A DNA stretch of 64,000 nucleotides from Callorhinchus milii (Eukaryota): assembly GCF_018977255.1 (NCBI RefSeq), contig NW_024704742.1, positions 80,106,001-80,170,000 on the forward strand, in the 5' to 3' direction. Made by a program: the position numbers and the translations under genes. The notes beneath the pieces were generated by a model. The model ran no database searches, had not been told where the DNA came from, and worked only from the letters and a program-made list of their open reading frames with translations. Shown one piece after another: positions 51,857-63,842 of the stretch (positions are counted from its first letter, which is position 1; the number at the start of each line of letters is the position of its first letter).

Positions 51857-52432
51857 ACAACAACAACAACAAAATTACATTTGTCTAGCACCTTTCAAGT
51901 TGGGAGGACGTCCCAAGATGCTGGACAGTCAGTGTTTCTATCTCGAGCTGGGGGTCGGGATTGGGGAAGGTGGCGTGCAGGAGGGAAGCAGGGAGATTGA
52001 AGGCACAGTCGAAGAGGAGGGTCTTGAGAGGGTTTCGAAGGAGGCAAAGGAGGGGGCGAGATGGAGGGACTGGGGGATGGAGTACCAGAGGGAGGGGGCA
52101 GAGTGGCAGAAGGTTTGCCACCAATGGTGGGGCGGTCGAGGCGGGGAAGTGAAGCAGGCCGGAGCCCGCTGAGCGGAGGGAGCGAGCAGGATGATAGGGA
52201 GTTAGGAGGTCACAGAGGTAGGGGGGAGCGAGGCCATGGAGGGCTTTGAAGGTGAAGACCAGGATCTTGAACTGTATCCTCTGTGTGACGGGAAGCCAAT
52301 GGAATTGGGTTAGGATACGGGTGATAGGGTCATGGAGCCTGGTGCGGGAGAGGACATGGGCTGCAGAGTTCTGGATGATCTGCAGCCTATGGAGGTAGAG
52401 GTTGGGGAGGCCGACAAGCAAGGAGTTTGCTA
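51857..52432 (-). mobile_element. L2 3' fragment (type B)
   Basis: ORF 51885-52421 reads LQIIQNSAA...HWLP...; (aac)n tail. Confidence 0.92.
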
Positions 52433-55159
52433 GTCAAGACACTATACATTTTATATCATATATACATGTATTACTACTATACATTTAACTGAACAACTAG
52501 TAAAACAATGCCTGGTAAACATGCTGATCTGGTACCCTACGAGTACTCTCCTCGATCTGAAGAGGCTGTGGAACAAAAGTGCAGAAATTCTGAATCTAGT
52601 ATGTAAAACATATTTGTCTAGTCTTAATGTTTTATTTCATTCCAGGATTGTTCTGTTGCATGCAGAGTGCAGTTTGATTTATGATCTCCTTTGGATGGTC
52701 TTGTTAAACTACTATTGAGCTGTTTCTGTTTAGTTCAGCCATGACCAATATTTTATCTGATTCTGAATCTGATACAAGCAGGGAAGAGACAGGTGTCCTT
52801 CTGTGTCCTTAAAGAGACAAACAATGCGGCCACATATAACTGTACAACTCTATCTGTATCTAGCTATCTCTATTGCTATCTCTATTTACACTTCACTTTC
52901 TCATGCTATCTCTTTTCTACTGTTGTCCACTCTTTGATTTTGAAAGCACTGTTTCTTGCTTCAGCTGCTTATTGAATCATCTTTTGATGGATGCTTCATT
53001 TCAGACATCAGACAGGTGCTATTTTGGGTATGTTTACATTGTCTTGGGAAGCTGTCTTGTTATCTGCTTGAATTAAAGTTGTGTTTCAAGATTGTTCCAC
53101 CACTTTTATGGCCCATTGAATTCTTTCTCTGGCATTTTGCAGACCCGAGCATTGTATATCTTCCAAGATATTTATTTTTGTGATAGTCAACTGGGATTAT
53201 TCACTCAAGGACTACACTTTCTGACTCTGCTATACATTCATCACCCTCTAAAAATCTTTCATGCTCCCTCCGCCCCACCCGCAGCCCACCGGGCTGTACA
53301 TAATTTTAGACGGAATAGAAAAAGTGAATGCAGAACAATACGTTAGGATATACCAAGACAGTAGAACAAAAAAGCATAGGTTTAGAGTTGCAAAAGGCAA
53401 TTTCAGGACTTTTTTTCCTTTATGCAGAGAAAAGATCACCAAAAAGGGGGTTTCAGGCAGGGAAAATGGACTCATTTAAAAAGCAGTTTGATACTGTGAT
53501 GGGGGGGGATGGTAGGTTGGGTGTTCTCAAGGATGATATCAGATGGGTCCAATCTTGTGATCTATCCATCATTAAAAGCCTCTAAAAATATATCTCTTTG
53601 GCCCCGTCTATCTACTTTCAATTTTGTACTCCACTTTCTTCTTCCCTCTTTGCCTGCTCGATGTTTGGCACTGTTTGTAAAGTGCTTCAAGACGATACCT
53701 TATGAGAAAGGTGCTATATGCATCCAAGTTGTGATTTCTGCATCACCACTGATTCCAGTGTGGACTTATGTCTAAATTGCTCTGTTTTGAAAACTAGATA
53801 AGATTTATTAACAAGAAACACAATTCACACTGCAGTTGAGTATTAATAACCTTTTTACTGTGTTTGTCACATTCTTTATATTGATGCACTGAAATTCTGT
53901 CTGAGTCGCAATGAGGATAAAGTCTTAAAAATAAGAAGTGAGAAATTGAAAATGACTGTAAGGTTGTAAGGAAACCTTTAGTCATTCAGCAAGTATTCAG
54001 CAAGTATCTGTAATTTAAAGGGCATTTTATAATAAATATTAATTAGCTGTGAAGAACAATTTTCAGTGAAAATGCCAGAGTGGGCACTGCAGAGATTGAG
54101 GTGCCTAAAATTAAATATTGGGTTAAAATTGTGATTTGGGGATGTGACAAGGCTGGTGATATTGATCACGAGTGTTAATTTATGTCGATCAGATTACTTA
54201 TAATTATGGTCAACAAGGGAGTCTGAGACATGAGTAAATTTATTATCATGCTTAAGAGTATCCGAATCAGCTAGAATTCCATATTTGACACCTACACATG
54301 GAAATTTCTATGTTTGAAATGCATACTCTCTCTCCCTGGGGGGACACAACCTGCTTATCTAAATCCAGAAACTATTATTGATGACTGAAGGCTGGTTTGG
54401 GTGTAATCTGTACCCTTATCCCCACCTCAAAGTTATCACAATGGTAGCTGGCATGTAGTGTTGCAACACATGAGTAGTCCAAGTAATGCCGATTCAGTCC
54501 TGTATTAGATTGCTGCTGAACTGGAGACGGGCTGAACTCAAGTGACAATAATGAACAGATCAAAATGACCATTTTCACTTAAAATTATTTCAGCACTGAA
54601 CCGTCAATCATCAGGCAGCTCCTTGTGGGGCACTTTGCAGGTCGAAACATTGTGTTCATGGTGTGGATTATGTGGACAGTGATGCAAGTCCAGTAGAACC
54701 AGAACTTGCAGTGAACTGCCCCAGAGAGAAATCAGTCAAAGGATTCAAGGACGAGATGAATAGGTCCTTGCCCAGTAGAAATATTGAGAGGTGTGGAGAG
54801 ATGACAGGAAGATGGGATTAGGGAAGGATGCAACACATAATTCATGGAATCATTTATGGCTTAGTGGGTGCGATGAGCTAATTTACTGTACCATATCCAG
54901 GTCTTATCTTCCTATGGGTAAAATGTCTTTGTGTTGATAAGCAATGTTTAATAATTATCAGTAGATGGAGTATCCCTCTCCAGATAAGGAATCGCCTTCC
55001 TGCTCATTCCAGTAGTATTTCAAATTTTTTTATTTGAATAAGTTTTCCAATCAGTGTAGTATGTTTTCTGGATTTGAAGAGACAAAGAGAGATAAAGTCT
55101 CTCTGGCCCATAAACAACTTTGAAGGAATCCTAAAGCCTAGGCTGTCCATTGACAGAAC

Positions 55160-55740
55160 GACATTCTGTCCAGGGCTCCCTCTGCCTCCTCGTTCTCCTT
55201 GACTTCTCTGCTGCCTTTGACACCGTCGACCACTCTATCCTCATCCAACGCCTCTCCTCTCACCTCAGCCTCCATGGCTCTGTCCTTGACTGGTTCAGAT
55301 CGTACCTCTCACACCGCCTGCACTTCATCTCCACAAACAGCTTCTCCTTTAGCCCCCGGACCGTCTCGTGTGGTATTCCTCAGGGCTCTGTCCTTTGTCC
55401 CCTTCTCTTCAATATCTATATGCTCCCACTTGGTGACATCATCTGCAGACATAGGGTCAACTTCCACATGTATGCAGATGACACCGAACTCTACCTCTCT
55501 GCCTCCACATTTGACTCCTTTGGCCAGTCATGAAGGAAAAGCTCAAGAGGCAGAAGCAAAAGGGTTCAGCCAAGTGCCTAGGCTCTCTTCGACCGTGCCT
55601 TCGATCTCCCTGCTTCTCCCCCTGCTATCCACCCCCGACCCCAATCCCCAGGTCAGGTTCTAAACTCTGTCCAGCACCATGGCACATCCTCCTGATGTGA
55701 AAGCGCTATATAAATGTAATTTTGTTGTTGTTGTTGTTGT
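55160..55740 (+). mobile_element. Chimeric L2: RT core, foreign insert of about 70 bp, then a type B 3' end
   Basis: [12 protein letters not shown]...YADD to about 55510; insert 55512-55584; then ctcttcgaccgtgcc...(ttg)n. Confidence 0.88.
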
Positions 55741-56632
55741 AGGCTGGGTTTAAGCCTAACTATGGCTTAAAAGTCATTTAAAGAGACCACCGATTTTTAC
55801 TAAAATGTCTGTATGTTCCAATACTGCGTCACCACAAAGCCAATGGCATCTCATCATTGCCATCCTTGGAAGGTGGGTTTCCTGAATGGAATTTACCCTG
55901 TGCAATGTTGATTACCAGGTTTTGCTTTAGGTTAAATTATCTGATTACTTGTGATGTTTCTAATCTCAAATCTATAGTCCAACTATGATTCACGAACCTC
56001 CCCCCTCCCCCGCACTCCTCCCCCATCATCCTCATCACAATATTTTTGATGTACTTCTTTGGCGGCCTTTGCTTTTTTTTAGCTGATTTAATAGTTTTTT
56101 AATGTTTTCACTTCAGTTCCATTTTCTACATTCAACTCAATTAGTCATCAAAACCTGCAAAGTAAGCCCTAAACCGAGGACCTCGGGGGAATTCACTTGC
56201 TTAGAGTTTGACACCAATCCTACATAAATCTATATTCATCTATACGTATTGATGCATTAACAAGTCTAAAGGGGTTTTGTTGTCAGAAGCTTTTTTAAAA
56301 AGTATATTTTTTGCTGCAATATTGTGGCAAAAATTAGCATAGTATATTTGCGAAGGAATAAAAGTAAAGGACCTAGAGAGTTGCTACAGTCTGGAATGAA
56401 CTGCTTGAAAGGGTGGTAGAAGAAGGTTCAATCATAGCTTTCAAAAGGAAATTAGATAGGTACTTAAAGGGTAAAAATCTGCAGGAGTAAGAAGGGGGGA
56501 TTGGGATCCGTTGGTAGCTCTTTCAAAGAGCAAGCATGATGGGCTGAATTCTATGATATGATTTGCATGCTTAATTCTATTGCTTGGAGAGGAAAAAACA
56601 ATTCTTGTTTCATTCTTAGGACAGAATGGCAA

Positions 56633-56955
56633 GGAGTCCTGTAGCTCAGTGGTTGGAGCACTCACTTTGCAAGCGAGAGACCTGAGTTCAATTCCAGGCA
56701 GAGGGCGAAACCTTGGGCAAGTTTCCTTACTCCACACAGAGCCTAATAATAATCCCTCCAAAAAAACAAAACAATAATAAATTGGTCATTTTCAATCCAT
56801 GACTGTTTGTGGGACATTGCAGTGCGCAATTGGCTGCCGCGTTCGCCCACAAATATACAGTCAATTCACTTTACAGTGTGTTCTGTGAAGCGCTTTGGGA
56901 CGTCCTCCCGACGTGAAAAGCGCTATATCAAATGCAAGGATTATTATTATTATTA
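56633..56955 (+). mobile_element. Young full-length tRNA-SINE
   Basis: ggagtcctgtagctcagtggttggagcactcactttgcaagcgaga..gagttcaattcc; L2-A-type stem-loop; (TTA)n tail. Confidence 0.95.
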
Positions 56956-57252
56956 GAAATGATATTACAGTTCACAAAGCTTATCACACAGAAATATATA
57001 TTTTTTTAACTAAGATAAATTCATCTTTCAAAGAGGTTAATATTTTCAGGGTTTAATGGATAACACTCTACCACAACAGTAAACTGAATGATGAAACAAT
57101 CCAGAACTATGTACCTGTTTATTGAATGGTATCTGTTTTCTTTTTTTGTGCTGCCAGGTGTGAAGTTACTTTGCTCTGAACAGGTAAGTGAAGAGGACCC
57201 TCAGCATACTCAATCCACAACTGTTTGTGGGACATTGCTGTGGAGTCCTGTT

Positions 57253-57573
57253 GTGGAGTCCTGTAGCTCAGTGGTTAGAGCACTCGCTTTGCAAGCGAGA
57301 GACCTGAGTTCAATTCCAGGCACAGGGCGAAACCTTGGGCAAGTTTCCTTACTCCACACGCCTAATAATAATCCCTCCAAAACCAAAAAACAATAATAAA
57401 TTGGTCATTTTCAATCCATGACTGTTTGTGGGACATTGCTGTGCGCAATTGGCTGCCGAGTTTCGCCCAGAAATATACAGTCAATTCACTTTACAGTATA
57501 TTCTGTGAAGCGCTTTGGGACGTCCTCCCGACGTGAAAAGCGCTATATCAAATGCAAGGATTATTATTATTAT
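57253..57573 (+). mobile_element. Young full-length tRNA-SINE
   Basis: Near-identical to 56633-56955. Anticodon-like loop cgct-TTGCA-agcg (tRNA-Ala-like). Confidence 0.95.
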
Positions 57574-57779
57574 GAGCAATTGGCCTCCGGGTTTCGTTCA
57601 CAAAATACACAATCAGATACTTTACAGTACATCCTTTGAGATGCCTCAACAATATGATAAGGCGCTACATCAAATGCAAGGATTATTATTTTATTATTAT
57701 ACCATAGTACAAATTCTACATCATTTTGAATATGATACAGAAAATATTTTAGTGATCAGCTCTAATAATAAAAAAAAAT

Positions 57780-58347
57780 TATTTCATTTGATATAGCACC
57801 TTTTCCCCCCCATCAAGGCATCTCAAAGTGCTTCATAGGATATACTGTAAATTGGTGTTGCTGTGTATATTTTGTGGGCAAATATAGCAGCCAATTTGTG
57901 CAAAGCAATGTCGAGCAAACAGCTGTGGAGTGGATGACCAATATTTATCTGGGGAATTGTTGGCCAGGCCACTGGAAAAACTCCCTCCTCTTTTCAAATA
58001 GTCTTATTGTTTAATGGTACGTCAATACAATTATTTGCTTTTTTGAATGCTTTTAAAGAAAGCATATCCTAGAAAATGGCATAGGTAATGATGACTAAGA
58101 AAATTATCATTTTTTTTATGCAGGGGGTTTGGCCGGAGCACTAGGAGAAACTCTCTTCTCTTTATGAAAAGTGCCATGGGATCTTTAATATCCATCTGAA
58201 CAGACAGATATCTCATTCAAAGCATAGCACATGCAATAATGCAGCACATTCTCAGCACTGGACTGTGAGTTCAATGTTCTGACATTGGGCTTGAACCCAC
58301 AATCTCCTAACTCAGAAAGGAGAGTGTAAACAACTGAGCCAAGTTGA
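57780..58347 (-). mobile_element. Deu-domain SINE(s), partly duplicated
   Basis: Tail at 57780-57840, two ggcc..cact..gaaa.ctc blocks, and head ctcagaaaggagagtgtaaacaactgagcc. Confidence 0.7.
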
Positions 58348-59302
58348 CATACATTAAATTGTTTTAAGTAGATGTACAATAATTGTAACTGGCACACGTT
58401 AACTTATTTTGATGCTCACTGCAGTAGTCCATAAAGATCTGCTGAAGATTGGCACTGTTTTATAAAGCTTGTCTTTACATTTTGCAACTGAAATAACAAT
58501 TATTGAGACTGGTGTCAGACTACATAGCTTACCCGATGCTTTATCATGGTTTAGCATGAAATGTTAGCAACCGGAGAACTCTACAGATTTAATGTGCCTG
58601 TGGATAATGTGATTATGTGAATCATTCCTGTTGTCTCACTAATCTAATGCTGGTCCTCTTTGTAAAGGAAATCTTTTGCTGCCTCAGGCAAACCTTGGTA
58701 TGCTGTATAGTGTCAACAGATATATACTAATTATGGGTCTAGTTTGCTGATCCTGGAATAGTTGCTAATCTCCAAATGGATCATAACTGTTAAGACATTT
58801 ATTTTGTCACTTGCAGCATAATGAGGGGTGGGGGGCGAAGAAGGTTGGAAACTGAGAGAAAATCTTATAATAGATGGAACGTTTACTTTAAAGACTTTTA
58901 GATTAATGGACCTCCTTCAATGCTGGCATAGTTAGGGGCAAGTACAATGGTAATTATAACACAACATATAATAATAATAATAATAATGATAATAATAATA
59001 ACAATATATGTAGATTGACAATAAGTGCACAACATAAATTTCAAGTAATTTCAAAAACAAAGTGCGTAAGTGTGCTAATCACTTATAAACTGTTTAGAAG
59101 CTGAAGAGGATGGATTTTACTGCTGTTTGACTGATCAGTACTACTACTAATAATTTATACATTTGGTATAGCATCTTTCACATCAGGAGAACTTCCCTTC
59201 TCTTTCCAAATAGTGGCCTAGGATCTTTAATGTCCTTGAACAGGCAGGCAAAACTTTGGCTTAACATCTCATCCGAAGGTCGGCACCTTTAGCAATGGAG
59301 AC

Positions 59303-60045
59303 CAACAACAGCAACAACAAAATTACATTTGTATAGCACGTCGGAAGGATGTCCCAAGGCACTGGACAATCAATGATTTGGACCCAGGGTGGGAGTCAGG
59401 ATTGAGGAGTTTGGAGAGCACCGAGGGAAGGAGGGTGACCGAAGGCAGGGTCGAAGAGGAGGGTTTTGAGATGAGCGAGGCAGAGGGACTGCAGGATGGA
59501 GTTACAGAGGGTGGGGAAAGAGTAGCAGAAGGTTTGCTCGCCAATGGTGGTGTGGGCAAGGTGGGGGATATGAAGCAGGCCAGCACCCGCTGAGCGGAAG
59601 GTGCGAACAGGTTGGTAGGGGGTTAGAAGGTCACAGAGGTAGGAGGGAGCAAGACCATGGAGAGCTTTGAAGGTGAGGATCAGGATCTTGAACTGTATCC
59701 TTTATTTGATGGGAAGCCAGTGAAGTCGGGTGAAGATGGGGATGATGGGGGTCGCAGAGCCTGATGCAGAGAGCACACAGGCTGCAGAGTTCTGGATGAT
59801 CTGCAGCCTATGGAGGAAGGAGTTGCAGAGCCGACAAGCAGGGAGTTTGCAGAATCGAGCCTGGATGTTATGAATGCGTGTATCAGGGTCTCGGTAGTCA
59901 GTGGTGTGAGACAGTGGGGGAGCCGGATGATTTTGCGGAGCTGGGGGAAGGCAGAGCGGGATATGGCATGGATGTGGGGTAGAAAGGATAGTTGAGGGTC
60001 AAGCAAGATGCCAAGATTTCAGACTGGCTTAGTGAGGTGGAGAGC
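59303..60045 (-). mobile_element. L2 3' portion (type B)
   Basis: LDPQLSFLPHIHAI...SRLD; tail aattacatttgtatagc. Confidence 0.9.
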
Positions 60046-60589
60046 ACCCCCAACATTACATTTGGACTGTCAATCTAGAAAGTTGTGAGTTGAAAACTCA
60101 CGTTGGGACTTGGAACTCATCTCGTCTGATTCGGAGGTGAGAGTGGAACCAACTGAAGCAAGCTCTCACACAGTATCAGTCCCGTGGATCAATCCCAGAA
60201 CACAACTTTTAACCAAAACAAATCAATTGAAAATCCTCCCAGTGACTGAAAATCGAATGATCAATAAAGAGGGAGGTGTGGTCAATTGCTGGAGGTGTCA
60301 AACTTCGGCTGAGATGTTAAGCCAAAATTTCACTTTTTTTCCAGGTAAAGTCCAGCTTAACAAAAGATGATAGATGGAAGAAGGTGATTGGAATTTGTCT
60401 GATTATAGTCAAACATACTTATTAAATATTCTTATTTAGCATATTTTACCCTGATGTGTGACCACTATTTATTGTTTAATAGCCTCTAGCACAATGCGTC
60501 ATCATTACAGTGCATTGTTTTGTAGCACTAGTTTTAGGCATATACTAAACATGCAGAGAAAGACATAGTGTATGAATAATTTCTTAGCA

Positions 60590-60960
60590 TTGGGGGAAGC
60601 CACTAGTGCCCTCCAATGTCTGGCAGAGAAAGACCATATTCACTATCTCTATCAAGCCCAGGGATGGGTAGTTACTTGGGATCTAAGTTTTACTCTAAGG
60701 TTCCCAACCTTAACCCTCACTACTCATGCCTCCCTGGTTTTCATTCACTCGGGTGCTGCCCTTAACAGTGACAGATCTTCTCCTCTGGCCAGTCATGAAG
60801 GAAAAGGTCAGGAGGCAGCAGCAAAATGGTTCAGCCAAGTGCCTAGGTTGCAGGATTAGTTTGTTCTCAATGACCACGTACCCAAGGCTACAAGACCTTC
60901 TACATGCTCCAGGCCTAGGGAAAGAGGGCTTAGCACGTTAGGTAACCGCTCATACCCTGC
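60590..60960. repeat. Unclassified interspersed repeat
   Basis: 60786-60848 is also present at about 55521-55583. GC-richer than the flanks. Confidence 0.5.
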
Positions 60961-61193
60961 CAAGCTCCATACTCCTCCTCACCTACATTCCATGGTCCTT
61001 TAGGATAATCGCATTACATTCCCCCACAGGTCCTAAGGTCTGTTTCTTTGTATGTTGAAAAATATGAAGTAACATTCAAATGGGTCTTTACACTAAGGAT
61101 TATATTTTTTTTACCTGGCTCTAAATCAGTAATAAAATTACCAAAAGCTGGATGTCCCTTTGAGAGTTGTGTTTCTGATTCTTCTGTATGGTG

Positions 61194-61243
61194 CTAAAAC
61201 ATATGTTGCCTAAGTTGTTTGAGTTAGGCAACATATGTTTTAG
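61194..61243. repeat. Perfect inverted repeat, 20-bp arms with a 10-nt spacer
   Basis: ctaaaacatatgttgcctaa-gttgtttgag-ttaggcaacatatgttttag. Confidence 0.95.
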
Positions 61244-61407
61244 ACAACAGTTCAGTTGTCATCAAAGATTAATATTATTCAATGATCCTAGAAAACTGAG
61301 GTTCAGAAATAAAGATAGGAAAATAGTTCAAACATATATTTTGTGCTCTTGACGTAAGAAGCACCATCCTCCATTTTAATCTGTTAAAATGCTTAGCTTG
61401 TCCATTA

Positions 61408-62350
61408 TCAGCCTGGCTCAATTAGAAGCACTCTCAGAAGATTATGGGTTCAATATGCATGTCAGGTCTTCGAATCCGTATAGCTTAGGCTAACACTCCA
61501 ATGCAATGCTGTAGGGCGCACTGCATTATTGGAGGTGCCTTTTGATGAGACATTAAGCCAAGGTCCTCTCTGCCTGTTCAGGCAAGTATTAAAACCCTGT
61601 GTTACTATTCAAAATGAGAAGTGAGTTTCTCTTGGTGCCTTGCTCACCCCACTATCGGCGAGCGGGTCTTCCGCCACCCTGCACCCACCCTCTGGAACTC
61701 TATCCCGCAGTCCCTCCATCTCGACCCCTCCCTCACCACCTTCAAGACCCACCTCAAGACCCTCCTCTTCCACCGTGCTTTCGATTTCCCTGCTTCCCCC
61801 CTTGCCTCCACCCACCCCCTACCCCGACCCTCAGCTTGGGTCTGTAACTCTGTCCAGGTCCTGACCCAACTGTACAGCACCTTGGGACGTCCTCCCGACA
61901 TGAAAGGCGCTCTATAAATGGAATCTTGTTGTTGTTGTTGTTGGGACATTGTCCCGACGTGAAAGGCGCTATACAAATGTAATTTTGTTGTTGTTGTTGC
62001 CCTGGCCAACAATCCCCAAAGTAAAGTTGGTTTCTCACATCATGGTTGTTGTTGGGTCATTACTGTTCTGTGATTGGGAGTCAATGGAATTTGGCAAGGA
62101 TTGGAGTGATATGGAGGGGTAGAGTTTTAGTCCAAGTGGAGGAGTTTTCAATCGGTTGGACTTTGTGAATGGTATAGCTAGGGGATAAGTGAGGAGTGCA
62201 CTTCATGATTGTTTGTGTGGACATTACTGTGCACAAATTCACCCACAAAATATACAGTTGCAACAATTTGCAGTATATCCTGTAATGCTCTTTGAGACAT
62301 CTTGACAATGTGATAAGGTAACATGTCAAATGCAAATGTGAGGATTATTA
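61408..62350 (+). mobile_element. Deu-domain SINE split by nested L2 insertions
   Basis: Head and body run to gagtttctcttggtgcc (61638) and resume as cctggccaacaatcccc (62000). Confidence 0.8.
61640..61998 (+). mobile_element. L2 type B 3' fragment containing an L2 type A tail (61857-61943)
   Basis: Two consecutive stem-loop plus (TTG)n ends, one of each type. Confidence 0.9.
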
Positions 62351-62442
62351 TAGTATCTTATAATATGGATCTAAAAATCAAAAGTTGAATTATTCCATTA
62401 CAATTCTTATCAAGTCCATTATAGGTTCGCTGCTCACTGATG

Positions 62443-62816
62443 TGGAATCCTGTAGCTCAGTGGTTAGAGCACTCACCACGCAGGTGAGAACATCTGGGTT
62501 CGATTCTCGGGTGGTGCAAAACATTGGGCAAATTTCCTTACTCCACACACCTCTGTTTATCTCTCAGTAAATAGGAACCCGGTTGTTAATTGATTGGCGG
62601 ATCGCTTTTCCTGGGGTAAAAATTCCTTCAAAACATAATGATAATAAATTGGTCACTCAATCCATGACTCCTTGAGGGACACTGCTGTGTGAAATTGGCT
62701 GCCACGTTTTGCCCACAATACATACTGTCAATTCACTTTATAGTATATTCTGTGAAGCTCTTTGAGACGTCTCAAAGACATGATAAGGTGCTACATCAAA
62801 TGCAAGGATTATTATT
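62443..62816 (+). mobile_element. tRNA-SINE, long variant, full length
   Basis: A box tagctcagtggttagagc, B box ggttcgattc, central block cctctgtttatctctcagtaaatagg, and tail. Confidence 0.92.
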
Positions 62817-63842
62817 CATCAAACAAATAAATCGGTTTGTTGAAGCCAAAGGATGACATTTTATATCACAACACAATTTAGCAGCATGTGAATAATTTGC
62901 CGTAATTGCTGCATTAGAATGGACTCGGGAATGTTGAGGTGCCCAAGGTGGAGTGAGAGACTGAATGGACATAAGCAACCAGAGGGGTAACAGAGTAAGA
63001 CACAAATCAAGTAGGGAGAGGGATGGAGAGAGAGAGAGAAAGATAATGATATTGAGAAGAAAAGAAACAGAATATGGGATAAAAGCTGTTTACGTAAGAA
63101 AGGAGATGAAAATTGAAAGCTTTAATTATTGCATATTTGATAAACACATTTATGCTAGTTTAACTAGATAACTGATGGGTATAATTTCCCCTTTTACCCC
63201 ATCTCCTAGGCTTCAGGACAATTGGTTGGCACAAAGTTGGCCTGCAGTTTATTGGCTGTCATTGGAGTTGTCGCCCATATTTGAGTGACAGTTCTGGGTT
63301 ATCAGCTGGACTCATCAAAATGATTTGAGTTCTAAATGTAGCATTAAAAAGCAGAAAAATGCATAGTAACAGAGAGAGAGAGAGAAAGAGAGAGAGACTA
63401 AAAGAGTGGTAGCAGAATAACATAGCCAGGTGTGATAGTGATGTGTTAGTTTGGCTCATTTGCTGGTCCTCATTCCTCTGGGAAGAAATTTTTGGGTTCA
63501 TAATTATTCCAGTTACAGTATTAGGGGAATGAATCATTGTTGGCAGTGGCATATATCAGATGAGACATTAAACTGAGGTCCCATCTCCTTGGGGGGGGTA
63601 GAAGTTAAAGGTGTCACTATTCAAAAAATGCAATGTAGATGCAGCCAACATTCATCCAAATTTTGTGATCATTTACCTTACCCTTGTTTGTGGGATCTTG
63701 CTGGTATCAATGATCACCTCATCTGCTTACAAAAGCAATTCCTGCATTTGTCAGTAATTACCTTGAAGCATTTTGTAACATCTTGACCTAAGACACTATA
63801 TGAGGTCAAAAATATATTAGTGTTGTACTGATATATTACCTA

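Noticed and set aside
57253..57330. tRNA-Ala gene (and similar heads elsewhere)
   Set aside because: It continues directly into SINE body and tail and lacks a proper acceptor stem. These are SINE heads.
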